Source: a candidate division FCPU426 bacterium (GTDB lineage: Bacteria; Oederibacteriota; PGYV01; Palsa-1178). From it: a stretch of DNA of 64,000 nt. The DNA is taken from positions 480,001 to 544,000 of the forward strand of contig CAWIXE010000002.1 in assembly GCA_963840035.1 (NCBI GenBank). Reading direction: 5' to 3'. Made by a program: the position numbers and the translations under genes. The notes under the pieces were generated by a model that ran no database searches, was not told the DNA's origin, and saw nothing but the letters and a program-made list of their open reading frames with translations. Positions 9,964-19,170 of the stretch are shown here, piece by piece; position 1 is the stretch's first letter; every line of letters starts with the position of its first letter.

Positions 9964-10497
9964 ATGGTTTTAGGGGAATATACGGAGCAGAGCAATCAGG
10001 ACTGTATCAAGCTGAAATTATCCAGGGATGACCTGAATAAGATATGGAAAAGGTGCGGCCTGACAGCGGATTACAGCGCTAACTATGTCTCCACTTATTT
10101 TGAAAACAAGAAGGAGATAGAAAATTCCGCTTCTACTATTTTAAATGAGCTTATAGAGAACGCGGCTAAGTATTCGGCTAACCGTGAAAATGATATTGAA
10201 ATAGATGTGGCTGTATACAGGAACTCCGTGGTTTTTGAGGTCAATAACTATGTTGATTCAGAGGCGTTCTACTCATTCAGGGATTTTGTCACAAAAATAA
10301 TCGAAAGCGATGACATTGACGCGGCTTATTTTGAAGCGTTAAGGAGCCTTAATGGCGCCGATAAGGAAAAGTCAGGCATAGGGCTCCTGACAATAATGAG
10401 CTTTTTTAAGCTTAAACTCGGCATGAAATTTGAAAATTCGGAAAACAACCATGATTATAAGGTTTCTGTCCAGGCAGCAATGCCGGTTGGCAGGTGA
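9964..10497 (+). CDS. HATPase-like Ser/Thr kinase (SiaB/slr1658-like)
   Basis: N-box ILNELIENAAKY and G-box SGIGLLTI; lies between a PP2C gene and a STAS-like gene. Confidence 0.7.
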   Translation: MVLGEYTEQSNQDCIKLKLSRDDLNKIWKRCGLTADYSANYVSTYFENKKEIENSASTILNELIENAAKYSANRENDIEIDVAVYRNSVVFEVNNYVDSEAFYSFRDFVTKIIESDDIDAAYFEALRSLNGADKEKSGIGLLTIMSFFKLKLGMKFENSENNHDYKVSVQAAMPVGR

Positions 10498-10501
10498 CGA
10501 T

Positions 10502-10885
10502 ATGCAGATAAACGGCGACGGATACAATATAGTGTTCGATGACGGCAGCAATACCGTGAATTTTAAAGGTTCGCTCAGGCTGGAGAATATGGGCGAGTAT
10601 AACAATATAGAGAAGTTCCTGCTCGACATTCATGAGCTGAACCTTCCGTACCTTAACCTGGATTTTAAGGATGTGGAGTTCTTAAACAGTTCGGGGATAG
10701 CCATGCTCTGCAGGTTCATCATGGACGTAAAGAAGATAAACAAAATGCCGGTAATTGTCACGGGAAATGAAAATATTCTATGGCAGAAAAAGTCTTTTTC
10801 AAACCTGAAAATGCTCTGGGACAAGGTGGAGGTCAGGTTTGCCGGCGGCGGAGATGATAATAATGTTACAAAACGAGCATTCTGA
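10502..10885 (+). CDS. STAS-like phospho-acceptor protein (SiaC/slr1659-like)
   Basis: FKGSLRL, LDFKDVEFLNSSGI (STAS-type phospho-Ser motif), WQKKS..NL; start ATG 10502. Confidence 0.75.
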   Translation: MQINGDGYNIVFDDGSNTVNFKGSLRLENMGEYNNIEKFLLDIHELNLPYLNLDFKDVEFLNSSGIAMLCRFIMDVKKINKMPVIVTGNENILWQKKSFSNLKMLWDKVEVRFAGGGDDNNVTKRAF

Positions 10886-11513
10886 AAAGGTAAACCCTTC
10901 AAAGCTTGAGCGCGATATCAGGTGCCTTCAGCGGGAAAACGATGAGCTAAAGCTTATGTATGATACCGTGGTAAAGCACGCTACGTCTCTTGAAAATGAC
11001 CTGGAACGCAGGATGCGTGAAGTCACATATCTGTCGGTCACGGACAGCCTCACAGGGGTCTATAACAGGCGCAAATTCAACCAGTGCCTCGTTTACGAGG
11101 TAGACAGCGCGAGGGCGCAGGACAGGGAACTGTCCCTAATCATATATGATGTTGATATTTTTAAAAAAATTAATGACACATACGGCCACGATTACGGCGA
11201 TTTCATACTGCTTACCATTACGAACATAGTCCGCGAGACCATTACCGGGGCTGATATCATAGCGCGCTGGGGCGGAGATGAGTTTACCATATTGATGCCT
11301 GGAAAATCACTTGAAAAAGCGGCGGCCGCGGCCGAAGAAATCAGGAAAAAGATTTATGGCGTCTACTTTGACGCGGCTGAAACAATATCGTGCAGTTTCG
11401 GAGTGTCGTCGCTTAAAACAGCGGACGATTTTAAAAGTTTTGTTGTCAGGGCTGACATGGCCCTGTATGAGGCAAAGAATTCAGGAAGGAATTGCGTAAA
11501 ATCCCTGGAATAA
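10863..11513 (+). CDS. Diguanylate cyclase with N-terminal coiled coil
   Basis: TDSLTGVYNRR, DVDIFKKINDTYGH, RWGGDEF, ADMALYEAK; start 10854 or 10863. Confidence 0.92.
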   Translation: MLQNEHSEKVNPSKLERDIRCLQRENDELKLMYDTVVKHATSLENDLERRMREVTYLSVTDSLTGVYNRRKFNQCLVYEVDSARAQDRELSLIIYDVDIFKKINDTYGHDYGDFILLTITNIVRETITGADIIARWGGDEFTILMPGKSLEKAAAAAEEIRKKIYGVYFDAAETISCSFGVSSLKTADDFKSFVVRADMALYEAKNSGRNCVKSLE

Positions 11514-11545
11514 AAACCCGCCACCGGCCCGGCAAATATGCCGTC

Positions 11546-11574
11546 TTGACTTTGAAAATCCGCTAACTTATAAT
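11546..11574 (+). promoter_or_regulatory. Sigma70-type promoter of feoB-like gene
   Basis: ttgact-17 nt-tataat. Confidence 0.7.
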
Positions 11575-11611
11575 AAATCACTGACTAATAAAATCATAAG
11601 GAAGTGAATTT

Positions 11612-12850
11612 TTGCCTGTACCTGAAATTAAAGGGAAGTTCTCTCCGAAAGAAAAACACATAGTAAGCGTGGCTTTAGACAGGCTTTTAACCGGCCCCGT
11701 GACCGGACTTCCTCTCTTTCTTTTTGCCATATTCCTGGTTTTTAAGCTCTCTTTTGGGCTCGGGCAGCCTGTTTCAAATCTTATCGGTGCGCTGTTCGCG
11801 TGGTTTGCTGATATGCTTATGGGCCTCGTGCACCGTTATAATGGGCCGGTCATTCTTGAGTCTCTGATTCATGACGGCTTAGTCGGAGGTGTCGGTTCGG
11901 TGGCAATGTTCATTCCAAATATAGCCATCATGTTCTTCCTTATCGCCGCGCTTGAAGACTGCGGATACATGACAAGGGCTTCAATGATAATGGATAAATA
12001 CATGCACAGGGTGGGGCTGCACGGCAGTTCGTTCATGCCGCTTATGCTCGGGTTCGGCTGCAACGTGCCGGCTATAATGGAAGCCGCCAAACTTAAGGAA
12101 AAAAAGGACAGGCTTGTCACGATGCTTGTGATACCCTTCATGTCATGTTCGGCAAGGCTCCCGGTGTATATGCTTTTCGCCTCGGTTTTCTTTGATTTTA
12201 AATACAGGGCGTTTATCGTATGGGTTATGTATATGCTCGGGGTCATCGCGGGAGGCATAACGGCAAGACTGTTCAGCATTATGGTTTTTAAAAAGGACAG
12301 GGAACTCATAAAAAGGGATATACCCGATTACAGATGGCCGAGGTTTTCCAGGATGGTTTCGAATATGTGGTTCGGCGCTAAAAGCTACATGATGAAAGTG
12401 ATTACTATCATATTAGGCGGCTCTATAATCATCTGGCTGCTCGGAAATTTCCCGCTGGGCGTGCAGTATGCGTCTGAAAAAAGCCTCATTGGCATGATAG
12501 GCCGGTTCGTTGCCCCCATACTTGTTCCGGCCGGATTCGGTTTTTGGCAGGCGGGTGTTTCACTTATTACCGGAGTAATGGCAAAGGAGATAGTTGTGTC
12601 AACATTTGGGACCATCGTAGGGTCGGGAAGCGGAGGCACAGCCGAAGGCCTGAAAATGCTATTTACGCCGCTTTCCGCTTTTTCATTCATGATTTTTACC
12701 CTGTTATACACGCCTTGCCTCGGAGCTCTTGCCGTATTAAGAAAAGAAGGCGGCACAAAATGGATGGCGCTTGTTACTGCTTATACTTTCTCCGTTGCCT
12801 GGCTTTCGTCGGTAGCCGTTTACCAGATTGGCCGGTTATTTATTAAATAA
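11612..12850 (+). CDS. feoB: FeoB membrane domain only (no N-terminal GTPase)
   Basis: LEDCGYMTR, GFGCNVPA, PFMSCSARLP, AKEIVVST, LYTPC. Confidence 0.8.
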   Translation: MPVPEIKGKFSPKEKHIVSVALDRLLTGPVTGLPLFLFAIFLVFKLSFGLGQPVSNLIGALFAWFADMLMGLVHRYNGPVILESLIHDGLVGGVGSVAMFIPNIAIMFFLIAALEDCGYMTRASMIMDKYMHRVGLHGSSFMPLMLGFGCNVPAIMEAAKLKEKKDRLVTMLVIPFMSCSARLPVYMLFASVFFDFKYRAFIVWVMYMLGVIAGGITARLFSIMVFKKDRELIKRDIPDYRWPRFSRMVSNMWFGAKSYMMKVITIILGGSIIIWLLGNFPLGVQYASEKSLIGMIGRFVAPILVPAGFGFWQAGVSLITGVMAKEIVVSTFGTIVGSGSGGTAEGLKMLFTPLSAFSFMIFTLLYTPCLGALAVLRKEGGTKWMALVTAYTFSVAWLSSVAVYQIGRLFIK

Positions 12851-12949
12851 AGACATGTAATTTTTTAATCAAACCCGCACTTGAAACCTTTATTAAAATA
12901 GGGTAATATAATTCCGTTAATTAAATTCATCATATAAATATGGAGAAAA

Positions 12950-13018
12950 ATGAAAACCATGAATATGCTTGTGGTCGGCCCTTCTACAGGCTCAGGGCAA
13001 ATGGGAATATGCGTATGA
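12950..13018 (+). CDS. 22-aa upstream ORF resembling the IorB N-terminus
   Basis: RBS ggag, then [22 protein letters not shown]; its TGA overlaps the iorB ATG (ATGA). Confidence 0.4.
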   Translation: MKTMNMLVVGPSTGSGQMGICV

Positions 13019-13593
13019 AGACTATTAATATTTTAGTGGTCGGCGTCGGCGGGCAGGGTGTGGTGGCGGCGTCAGATATAATCTCGGACATGGCGCTTTC
13101 AAAAGGGTTTGACGTAAAAAAATCCGAGATACACGGCATGTCCCAGAGGGGCGGAGTTGTCTCCAGTTATGTAAGGTTCGGGGAGAGAGTGTCATCGCCA
13201 TTGCCGTCCGGAAACGACATAGACTATATACTTTCTTTTGAGGAAATGGAAGCGCTGCGCGCGGCAGGTTCCATGAATAGGGATACAAAAGTAATCATAA
13301 ATACTCACAGGATAAAGCCGGCGTCCATGGCAATCACCAAACAGGAATACCCTGATGTTAAAGTCCTCTTAAAGCATGAAAAATCCTATTTCCTGGAAGC
13401 TACACAAGAGGCGGAAAAACTTGGAAATGAAAAAGTGGTTAACAGCCTCATGGTCGGCGCGCTCTGCGCGTTCCTTGATTTTTCCGAGGAGGATTTTAAG
13501 GCGGCGCTGGCAAAAAGGGTGAAAAAATTCATCGATGAGAATATAGCGGCTTTTAAAAAAGGGAAGGAACTGGTGAAAAATTATGTTCTATAG
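13015..13593 (+). CDS. iorB: Indolepyruvate:ferredoxin oxidoreductase beta subunit
   Basis: [27 protein letters not shown]. Confidence 0.9.
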   Translation: MKTINILVVGVGGQGVVAASDIISDMALSKGFDVKKSEIHGMSQRGGVVSSYVRFGERVSSPLPSGNDIDYILSFEEMEALRAAGSMNRDTKVIINTHRIKPASMAITKQEYPDVKVLLKHEKSYFLEATQEAEKLGNEKVVNSLMVGALCAFLDFSEEDFKAALAKRVKKFIDENIAAFKKGKELVKNYVL

Positions 13594-14881
13594 CAAAGAA
13601 GAATCCATGTCGAGGGAAGACCTGAAGAAACTGCAGTCTGAAAGGCTTATAAAGACCGTAAACAGGGTATATGATAACGTGGACTTTTATAAGAAAAAAT
13701 TTGATGAGGCGGGCGTAAAGCCGTCTGATATCAGGTCCGTTGACGACCTTCATAAACTGCCATTCACGACAAAGCAGGACCTAAGGGATAATTATCCGTA
13801 CGGGCTTTTTGCAGCGCCCATGAAAGATATTGTAAGGATCCACGCGTCATCTGGCACCACGGGCAAGATGACCGTGGTCAGCTACACAAAAAATGATATC
13901 GATGTCTGGTCAGAGCTCATTGCCAGGTGCCTGTCAATGGCCGGCGCCACGAGCGCGGATATTATTCATAACGGCTACGGGTACGGACTTTTTACCGGAG
14001 GGCTGGGCGTCCATTACGGCGCTGAAAAGCTAGGCGCCACAGTAATACCCGTTTCCGGGGGGAATTCACAGCGGCAGATAAAGATCATGCAGGATTTTGG
14101 ATCGACAATACTCACGTGCACGCCTTCATACGCCTTAAATCTCGCTGAAACAATGAAGGAAATGGGTGTCACACCCAAAGACATAAAACTCAAAGCAGGC
14201 CTTTTTGGCGCTGAGCCATGGTCTGAGAACATGAGGCGCGATATTGAAAAGCTCTGGGGCATAGACGCGCTGGATATTTATGGGTTAAGCGAGATAATGG
14301 GGCCGGGCGTGGCAAATGAGTGCCTTGAAAAGAAGGGTCTGCACGTATTTGAGGACCATTTTATACCTGAGATTATAGACAAAGAAACAGGGAAGGTGCT
14401 TCCCCCTGGGCAGCCCGGAGAGCTTGTTTTCACAACCATTACAAAAGAAGGCATTCCACTGATAAGGTACCGCACAAAAGATATTACGCGCATGATACCT
14501 GAAAAATGCAAATGCGGCAGGACTTTTAACAGGATGGAACGTCTCTCAGGCCGGACCGATGACATGCTTATAATAAGGGGCGTTAATGTTTTCCCGTCGG
14601 AAATCGAGATGGTAATAATGTCCATAGAAGGCGTGGAACCGCATTACCAGATTATTATAGACAGGGCCGAGCACGGGCTTGATACGCTGGAAGTTCAGGT
14701 GGAAGTCAATGAGAAGCTCTTCTCGGACGAGATAAAGGCGCTTGAGGCCATAGAGCGTAAAATTGAAAAAGAGATTAATTCGGTTCTGGGGATCGGCGTA
14801 AAAGTTAAACTGGTTGAGCCGAGGTCAATACCGAGAAGCGAAGGCAAAGCAAAGAGGATAATAGATAAGAGGAAAATATAG
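13583..14881 (+). CDS. paaK: Phenylacetate--CoA ligase
   Basis: [56 protein letters not shown]. Confidence 0.93.
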   Translation: MFYSKEESMSREDLKKLQSERLIKTVNRVYDNVDFYKKKFDEAGVKPSDIRSVDDLHKLPFTTKQDLRDNYPYGLFAAPMKDIVRIHASSGTTGKMTVVSYTKNDIDVWSELIARCLSMAGATSADIIHNGYGYGLFTGGLGVHYGAEKLGATVIPVSGGNSQRQIKIMQDFGSTILTCTPSYALNLAETMKEMGVTPKDIKLKAGLFGAEPWSENMRRDIEKLWGIDALDIYGLSEIMGPGVANECLEKKGLHVFEDHFIPEIIDKETGKVLPPGQPGELVFTTITKEGIPLIRYRTKDITRMIPEKCKCGRTFNRMERLSGRTDDMLIIRGVNVFPSEIEMVIMSIEGVEPHYQIIIDRAEHGLDTLEVQVEVNEKLFSDEIKALEAIERKIEKEINSVLGIGVKVKLVEPRSIPRSEGKAKRIIDKRKI

Positions 14882-14884
14882 ATC

Positions 14885-14966
14885 AATTTAAAACTTGAAA
14901 TTGAAAACTGAAAGTGGGTTCGTTCTACGGTTCAACTTTTAGTTTTAAGTTTTCAGTTTCAAGTTA
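14885..14966. repeat. Heptamer-periodic inverted array
   Basis: atttaaa acttgaa attgaaa actgaaa ... ttcaact tttagtt ttaagtt ttcagtt tcaagtt. Confidence 0.8.
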
Positions 14967-14980
14967 AAACGGAGGTTCAA

Positions 14981-15406
14981 ATGAAGATAGTCCAGTTATC
15001 GGTTTTTATTGAGAACAAGGAAGGCCGTCTTGCGGACATTATAGGCGTCCTGGCTGACGCAAATATAAACATACGGGCGCTTTCACTGGCGGATACGGCT
15101 GATTTTGGGGTATTACGCATGATAGTGGACACCCCGGCGGCCGCCATTGAAGCCCTGAAAAAGAAGTCAATTATGGTCAAGACCACGGATATTATCGCGG
15201 TGGAAGTCGAGGATAAACCGGGAGGGCTTGAAAAGGTCCTTAAGGTATTTAAAAATGAAGGTATAAATATTGAATATATGTACGCGTTTGTGGAAAAGAA
15301 TAACAGCAACGCGGTGCTTGTTTTCAGGGTGGAAAACCCTGACGCGGCATTAGGGAAGCTCAATGGCGTTAAAGTGCTGAAAGCTGAGGACGTGTATAAT
15401 ATATAA
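14981..15406 (+). CDS. Tandem ACT domain protein
   Basis: QLSVFIENKEGRL, NIRALSLADTADFG, DKPGGL, NIEYMYAF; typical paaK neighbour. Confidence 0.9.
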   Translation: MKIVQLSVFIENKEGRLADIIGVLADANINIRALSLADTADFGVLRMIVDTPAAAIEALKKKSIMVKTTDIIAVEVEDKPGGLEKVLKVFKNEGINIEYMYAFVEKNNSNAVLVFRVENPDAALGKLNGVKVLKAEDVYNI

Positions 15407-15565
15407 GGCGTTCGGAGTTCGGAGGGTGGGGTTCGGAGTTAGGCGTTTGAAGTTCGGAAGTGGTGTCCGGAGTTTGTAGTTGTACGGTTCGAACTCCGAA
15501 CTCCGAACTCCGAACTCCGAACTCCGAACTCCGAACTCCGAACTCTACCCTCCACCCTTCGAACG
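15407..15565. repeat. Heptamer inverted array containing perfect (CGAACTC)8
   Basis: Left arm gttcgga gttcgga gggtggg gttcgga...; right arm 8 exact cgaactc units at 15490-15545, then taccctc caccctt cgaac. Confidence 0.92.
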
Positions 15566-15588
15566 CACTAAAACAATGGAGATGCTGA

Positions 15589-17157
15589 ATGACTGAAAAG
15601 AAACTTTTATCCGGGGACGAGGCCATAGCGCTTGGCGCTTATGAAGCCGGCATATACGCGGGATTTGGATATCCCGGAACGCCTTCAACGGAGATACTTG
15701 AGAATTTTTCCCGATATAAGGGAATATACGCGGAATGGTCCATAAATGAAAAGGTGGCCCTGGAAGCGGCGACAGGCGCTTCGCTCGGCGGCGTCCGGGC
15801 CATGTGCACGATGAAACACGTGGGATTGAACGTTGCCATGGACGCTTTTGTTACCCTGGCTTATACGGGAATAAACGGCGGGCTTGTAGTGGTTAACGCC
15901 GATGACCCGGGAATGCATTCATCACAGAACGAACAGGACAACAGGTACCTTGGCAAATTCGCTTACGTGCCGGTGGTTGAGCCTTCATCATCGCAGGAAG
16001 CAAGGGATTTTATGAAAGACGCCGTGGAAATAAGCGAGAAGTTCGATTTGCCGGTGCTCTTCAGGATAACCACAAGGATAGCCCATTCAAAAAGCGTCGT
16101 TTCATATGACCCGGCGTTTAAACCGGATTTTCCAAAGAAAAAAATGGACGTGCCATGGGACAAATACGTAATGATGCCGTTAAACGCGAAAAAACGGCGT
16201 GTTGTGCTTGTCGATAAATACGCGAAACTGAAGAAATTCGCTGAAGAAACAAAACTTAATAAAGCTGAGATGGCTGAAACGGATTTTGGTTTTATTACGT
16301 CGGGAGTGGCTTATGAGTATGTGAAGGAAGTTTTTCCCGGCAAATCAGTGTTTAAGCTTGGCCTGCTGAATCCATTGCCTTTAAACAAAATCAGGGAATT
16401 CTGCGCGAAGGTAGGTAAAGTATATGTTGTTGAAGAACTCGAACCGTATATCGAGGATTATCTGAAAGCCGAAGGAATAAAGGTTGAAGGCAAATCGGTT
16501 TTCCCGTTAATTGACGAACTTTCGCCGGACATAATAAGGGAATCTTTTAATAAAGCAAACGGTATTGCAATTGAAAATTCAAAATTCAAAATTGAAAATT
16601 CTGCAGTTCCTTCCCGTCCACCGTCTTTGTGCGCTGACTGCGGCCACCGCGGGGTGTTTAAGGTTATTAATGAACTGGGCCTGCTCGCCATGGGCGACAT
16701 AGGATGCTACACGCTGGGCGCGTTGCCTCCGTTTTCAGCGATGAACACATGCATAGACATGGGCGCGGGAATTAACCACGCGTACGGGGCCGAGCGCGCC
16801 GGCGAATCGCCTGAAAAGGTTGTGGCGGTGATAGGGGACTCAACATTCATGCACTCGGGCATTACCGGCATGGCAAACATGGTATATAACGGCGGCAATA
16901 CAATGACCATTATCCTGGATAACAGGACTACCGCCATGACAGGAAGGCAGCCGCATGCCGCGGCAGGGAAAACCCTGATGGGGAAAGAGGCATACAACAT
17001 AGACCTGGAGAAACTACTGGAAAGCCTCGGGGTTCAGCACGTGGCGGTCATTGACCCGTTTAAGATGAAGGAGCTAAAAGAACTAATTCAGGATTATCTG
17101 AAGAAAAAGGGTGTTAAAGTTATAATCGCAAGGCGCGAATGCGCGCTGTTAAAATAG
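15589..17157 (+). CDS. iorA: Indolepyruvate:ferredoxin oxidoreductase alpha subunit (no C-terminal ferredoxin domain)
   Basis: GYPGTPSTE, MKHVGLNVA, SSQNEQD, RPPSLCADCGH, GDIGCYTL, IGDSTFMHSG, LDNRTTAMTG. Confidence 0.92.
   Translation: MTEKKLLSGDEAIALGAYEAGIYAGFGYPGTPSTEILENFSRYKGIYAEWSINEKVALEAATGASLGGVRAMCTMKHVGLNVAMDAFVTLAYTGINGGLVVVNADDPGMHSSQNEQDNRYLGKFAYVPVVEPSSSQEARDFMKDAVEISEKFDLPVLFRITTRIAHSKSVVSYDPAFKPDFPKKKMDVPWDKYVMMPLNAKKRRVVLVDKYAKLKKFAEETKLNKAEMAETDFGFITSGVAYEYVKEVFPGKSVFKLGLLNPLPLNKIREFCAKVGKVYVVEELEPYIEDYLKAEGIKVEGKSVFPLIDELSPDIIRESFNKANGIAIENSKFKIENSAVPSRPPSLCADCGHRGVFKVINELGLLAMGDIGCYTLGALPPFSAMNTCIDMGAGINHAYGAERAGESPEKVVAVIGDSTFMHSGITGMANMVYNGGNTMTIILDNRTTAMTGRQPHAAAGKTLMGKEAYNIDLEKLLESLGVQHVAVIDPFKMKELKELIQDYLKKKGVKVIIARRECALLK
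16569..16601. repeat. In-frame heptamer run inside iorA
   Basis: aattgaa aattcaa aattcaa aattgaa aattc, encoding IENSKFKIENS. Confidence 0.75.
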
Positions 17158-17186
17158 CGGGTAGTGAGTGGCGGGCAGTGGGTAGC
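17155..17186. repeat. Single heptamer arm at iorA stop
   Basis: tagcggg tagtgag tggcggg cagtggg tagc. Confidence 0.65.
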
Positions 17187-17250
17187 ATTCAAACAATTCA
17201 AGCGGTTTCAGGGCGGATGTGTTATAATGTTTAAAACAAAGGAGGGACCA

Positions 17251-17622
17251 ATGAAAAAAATAATCGTGGTTTTGACTTTGCTTGCTTTTGTTTTTTCCTT
17301 TGCCGGCTGCGCGACAACATCCACAATATCAAATCCCACTAAATCTGACCTTAAAAGAATTGAAAAAGAAAACAACTATAATATGATAATGGGCCTTTCA
17401 TCATTCGGCGGATTTATTATAGGCGGAGTAGCCGGGCTTATAGCCGGGCCTGAAAACGGAAAGATCGTTTCTATGATAAGTTACGGGCTAGGCGGCGCGG
17501 TACTTGGCCTTGGCGGCGGTTATGTGATTACCCAGACAATGCGAAGCAATGAAGATAAAGTTGATAATTCAAAAGCAGACCAGTATTTCAGGGATTATAA
17601 GAATATACAGGGAAAAGATTAA
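17251..17622 (+). CDS. Putative lipoprotein with glycine-zipper-like helices
   Basis: RBS aaggagg; MKKII..FAGC lipobox; GGFIIGGVAG and GGAVLGLGGG. Confidence 0.7.
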   Translation: MKKIIVVLTLLAFVFSFAGCATTSTISNPTKSDLKRIEKENNYNMIMGLSSFGGFIIGGVAGLIAGPENGKIVSMISYGLGGAVLGLGGGYVITQTMRSNEDKVDNSKADQYFRDYKNIQGKD

Positions 17623-17647
17623 GTAATAAGTGATAGGTAATAAGTCA
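17620..17647. repeat. Heptamer arm at lipoprotein stop
   Basis: taagtaa taagtga taggtaa taagtca; only degenerate complementary units downstream. Confidence 0.6.
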
Positions 17648-17876
17648 GAATTGAAGCAAAGGCGTAACCTATAACCATCCTACCAAATGTCGCTTGAAAT
17701 CAACGATTTACTTATTATGTCCCTCCTGGCACATAATAATGCACCTTTTAGGACGTGTATAATGTCAGATATTTTGTAAACTCTAACAAAATAAGGCTTA
17801 TTATATTGGCATGCATAGTGCTTATATTTAAACGTCGGGAAAGTGGACAGATTAAAATAAAACTCGGCGGTGGCAT

Positions 17877-18269
17877 ATGTTTCCTGACTATATCGAGCAA
17901 ATGTATAATGACAAGTTTGGCACAAAAATCAACATGACGGCAGACGTCCTGTACAAAGTGTTAAGGCGCGACGACAGGGAAATGCACGGGCTAAATAAGG
18001 TGGCGCAGCTTACGTGCCTTTATTCACGGGGAATGACAATGCGGATGAAGGAATTTGTAAGGGACGGGGACGCAATGTTAGTTGAGATACATTTTGAGGA
18101 TAACGGGGTAAAAAAGGTTCTGAAATCGTGCTGCGGCATCTTAAACTGCGAAGAATCTGACAAAGAAAAATCCATATATGAGACAGACGTTGAATTCCTT
18201 ATATTGAAAGACCCTGACAGGGATTTTATTGACAGGTTTATTTCAGAGAAATCAAAAATAGCTGTATAA
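17877..18269 (+). CDS. Hypothetical protein, possible degenerate PilZ-like fold
   Basis: Beta-rich pattern ending YETDVEFLILKDPDRDFIDRFI, like PilZ C-termini; RxxxR and DxSxxG not intact. Confidence 0.45.
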   Translation: MFPDYIEQMYNDKFGTKINMTADVLYKVLRRDDREMHGLNKVAQLTCLYSRGMTMRMKEFVRDGDAMLVEIHFEDNGVKKVLKSCCGILNCEESDKEKSIYETDVEFLILKDPDRDFIDRFISEKSKIAV

Positions 18270-18340
18270 AAATAGTCTCACACCGGCACCTCGAGGGCAG
18301 GTTACACACCCCCAAAAGCCTGCCCTCGGACTTTAAAGGC

Positions 18341-18448
18341 AGTCACAAGTCCCAAATTACAAATCCCAAAGAAGAAACGGCAAGTTCTCCTTTGGGATCT
18401 GTGATTTGGGATTTGTGATTGTAGTTATGATTTGGGACTTGTGATTGG
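18341..18448. repeat. Heptamer-periodic inverted array
   Basis: agtcaca agtccca aattaca aatccca ... tttggga tctgtga tttggga tttgtga ... tttggga cttgtga. Confidence 0.85.
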
Positions 18449-18494
18449 TTTTTTCTTGTTGTATAATAATAAAAATCAATCAGGAGGATATTAA

Positions 18495-19079
18495 ATGAAA
18501 AAATTAGTGTTTGCGTTAATACTTGTTTTTGCGGCGGGAATGGTATTTGCCAATGATATTGCGTCCCCGGAGAAAGTGACCTATACCGTAGGCGAGAAAA
18601 CTATCATTGTTTATGACCCTGTAAAGCATACTGAAACAGCTTCAAATGTATTCATGCTCTGGGGCGGATTATCAACCGCGGCAGGTATTCCCACGATGTT
18701 TTCCAGGGACACAGTCACAAGAAGCGTCGGAATTGGGATGCTTACGTATGGAGTTGTGGAAACCGCAATGGCCATTTATAACATAAACTGGGGTACAAAA
18801 ATAACCGACCCTGAAAAAGCAAGGACGGCAATGATAGAAAAGTCAGGGCTTTCGTCTATTCTCGGGCTTGTGCAATTTGCCGGCGGAGGTTTGATCGCTA
18901 TATTTGGAAGCGACGACCTGAAAGGATACGGAATTGCCATGGCCATACAGGGCGGTTTCTTTTCCATAAATGACGGCTTAAATTATTTCATATCAAAGGA
19001 CCCCGGCACAGTCCGCGACTGGCAGACAGACACCACATACAGGGTCCGCCTCGCTTCCATGGATTTTTACGGAAAATAA
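18495..19079 (+). CDS. Hypothetical exported/membrane protein
   Basis: RBS aggagg; signal peptide MKKLVFALILVFAAGMVFA; four Gly-rich hydrophobic helices. Confidence 0.7.
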   Translation: MKKLVFALILVFAAGMVFANDIASPEKVTYTVGEKTIIVYDPVKHTETASNVFMLWGGLSTAAGIPTMFSRDTVTRSVGIGMLTYGVVETAMAIYNINWGTKITDPEKARTAMIEKSGLSSILGLVQFAGGGLIAIFGSDDLKGYGIAMAIQGGFFSINDGLNYFISKDPGTVRDWQTDTTYRVRLASMDFYGK

Positions 19080-19117
19080 CTATTATTGACGATTAACCAT
19101 TGTTAATTGCCAATTAA

Positions 19118-19162
19118 ATAAACACAAAACCGCCTGCGATTAACAGGCGGTTTTGTGTTTAT
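19118..19162 (+). terminator. Intrinsic (probably bidirectional) terminator
   Basis: 19-bp perfect inverted repeat ataaacacaaaaccgcctg / caggcggttttgtgtttat. Confidence 0.8.
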
Positions 19163-19170
19163 AGGACCTT

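Noticed and set aside
15369..15626. 85-aa minus-strand ORF with EFGVRSS repeats
   Set aside because: It is a translation of the heptamer array; likewise the N-terminal extensions of ORFs 6345, 17164 and 55305.
17050..17157. iorA truncated into a pseudogene
   Set aside because: It ends cleanly after RRECA with no ferredoxin remnant downstream; ~530-aa IorA forms without this domain exist to my knowledge.
18292..18328. 10-bp stem cgagggcagg/cctgccctcg as an ncRNA
   Set aside because: A single hairpin after a stop codon; more simply a terminator or stabiliser.
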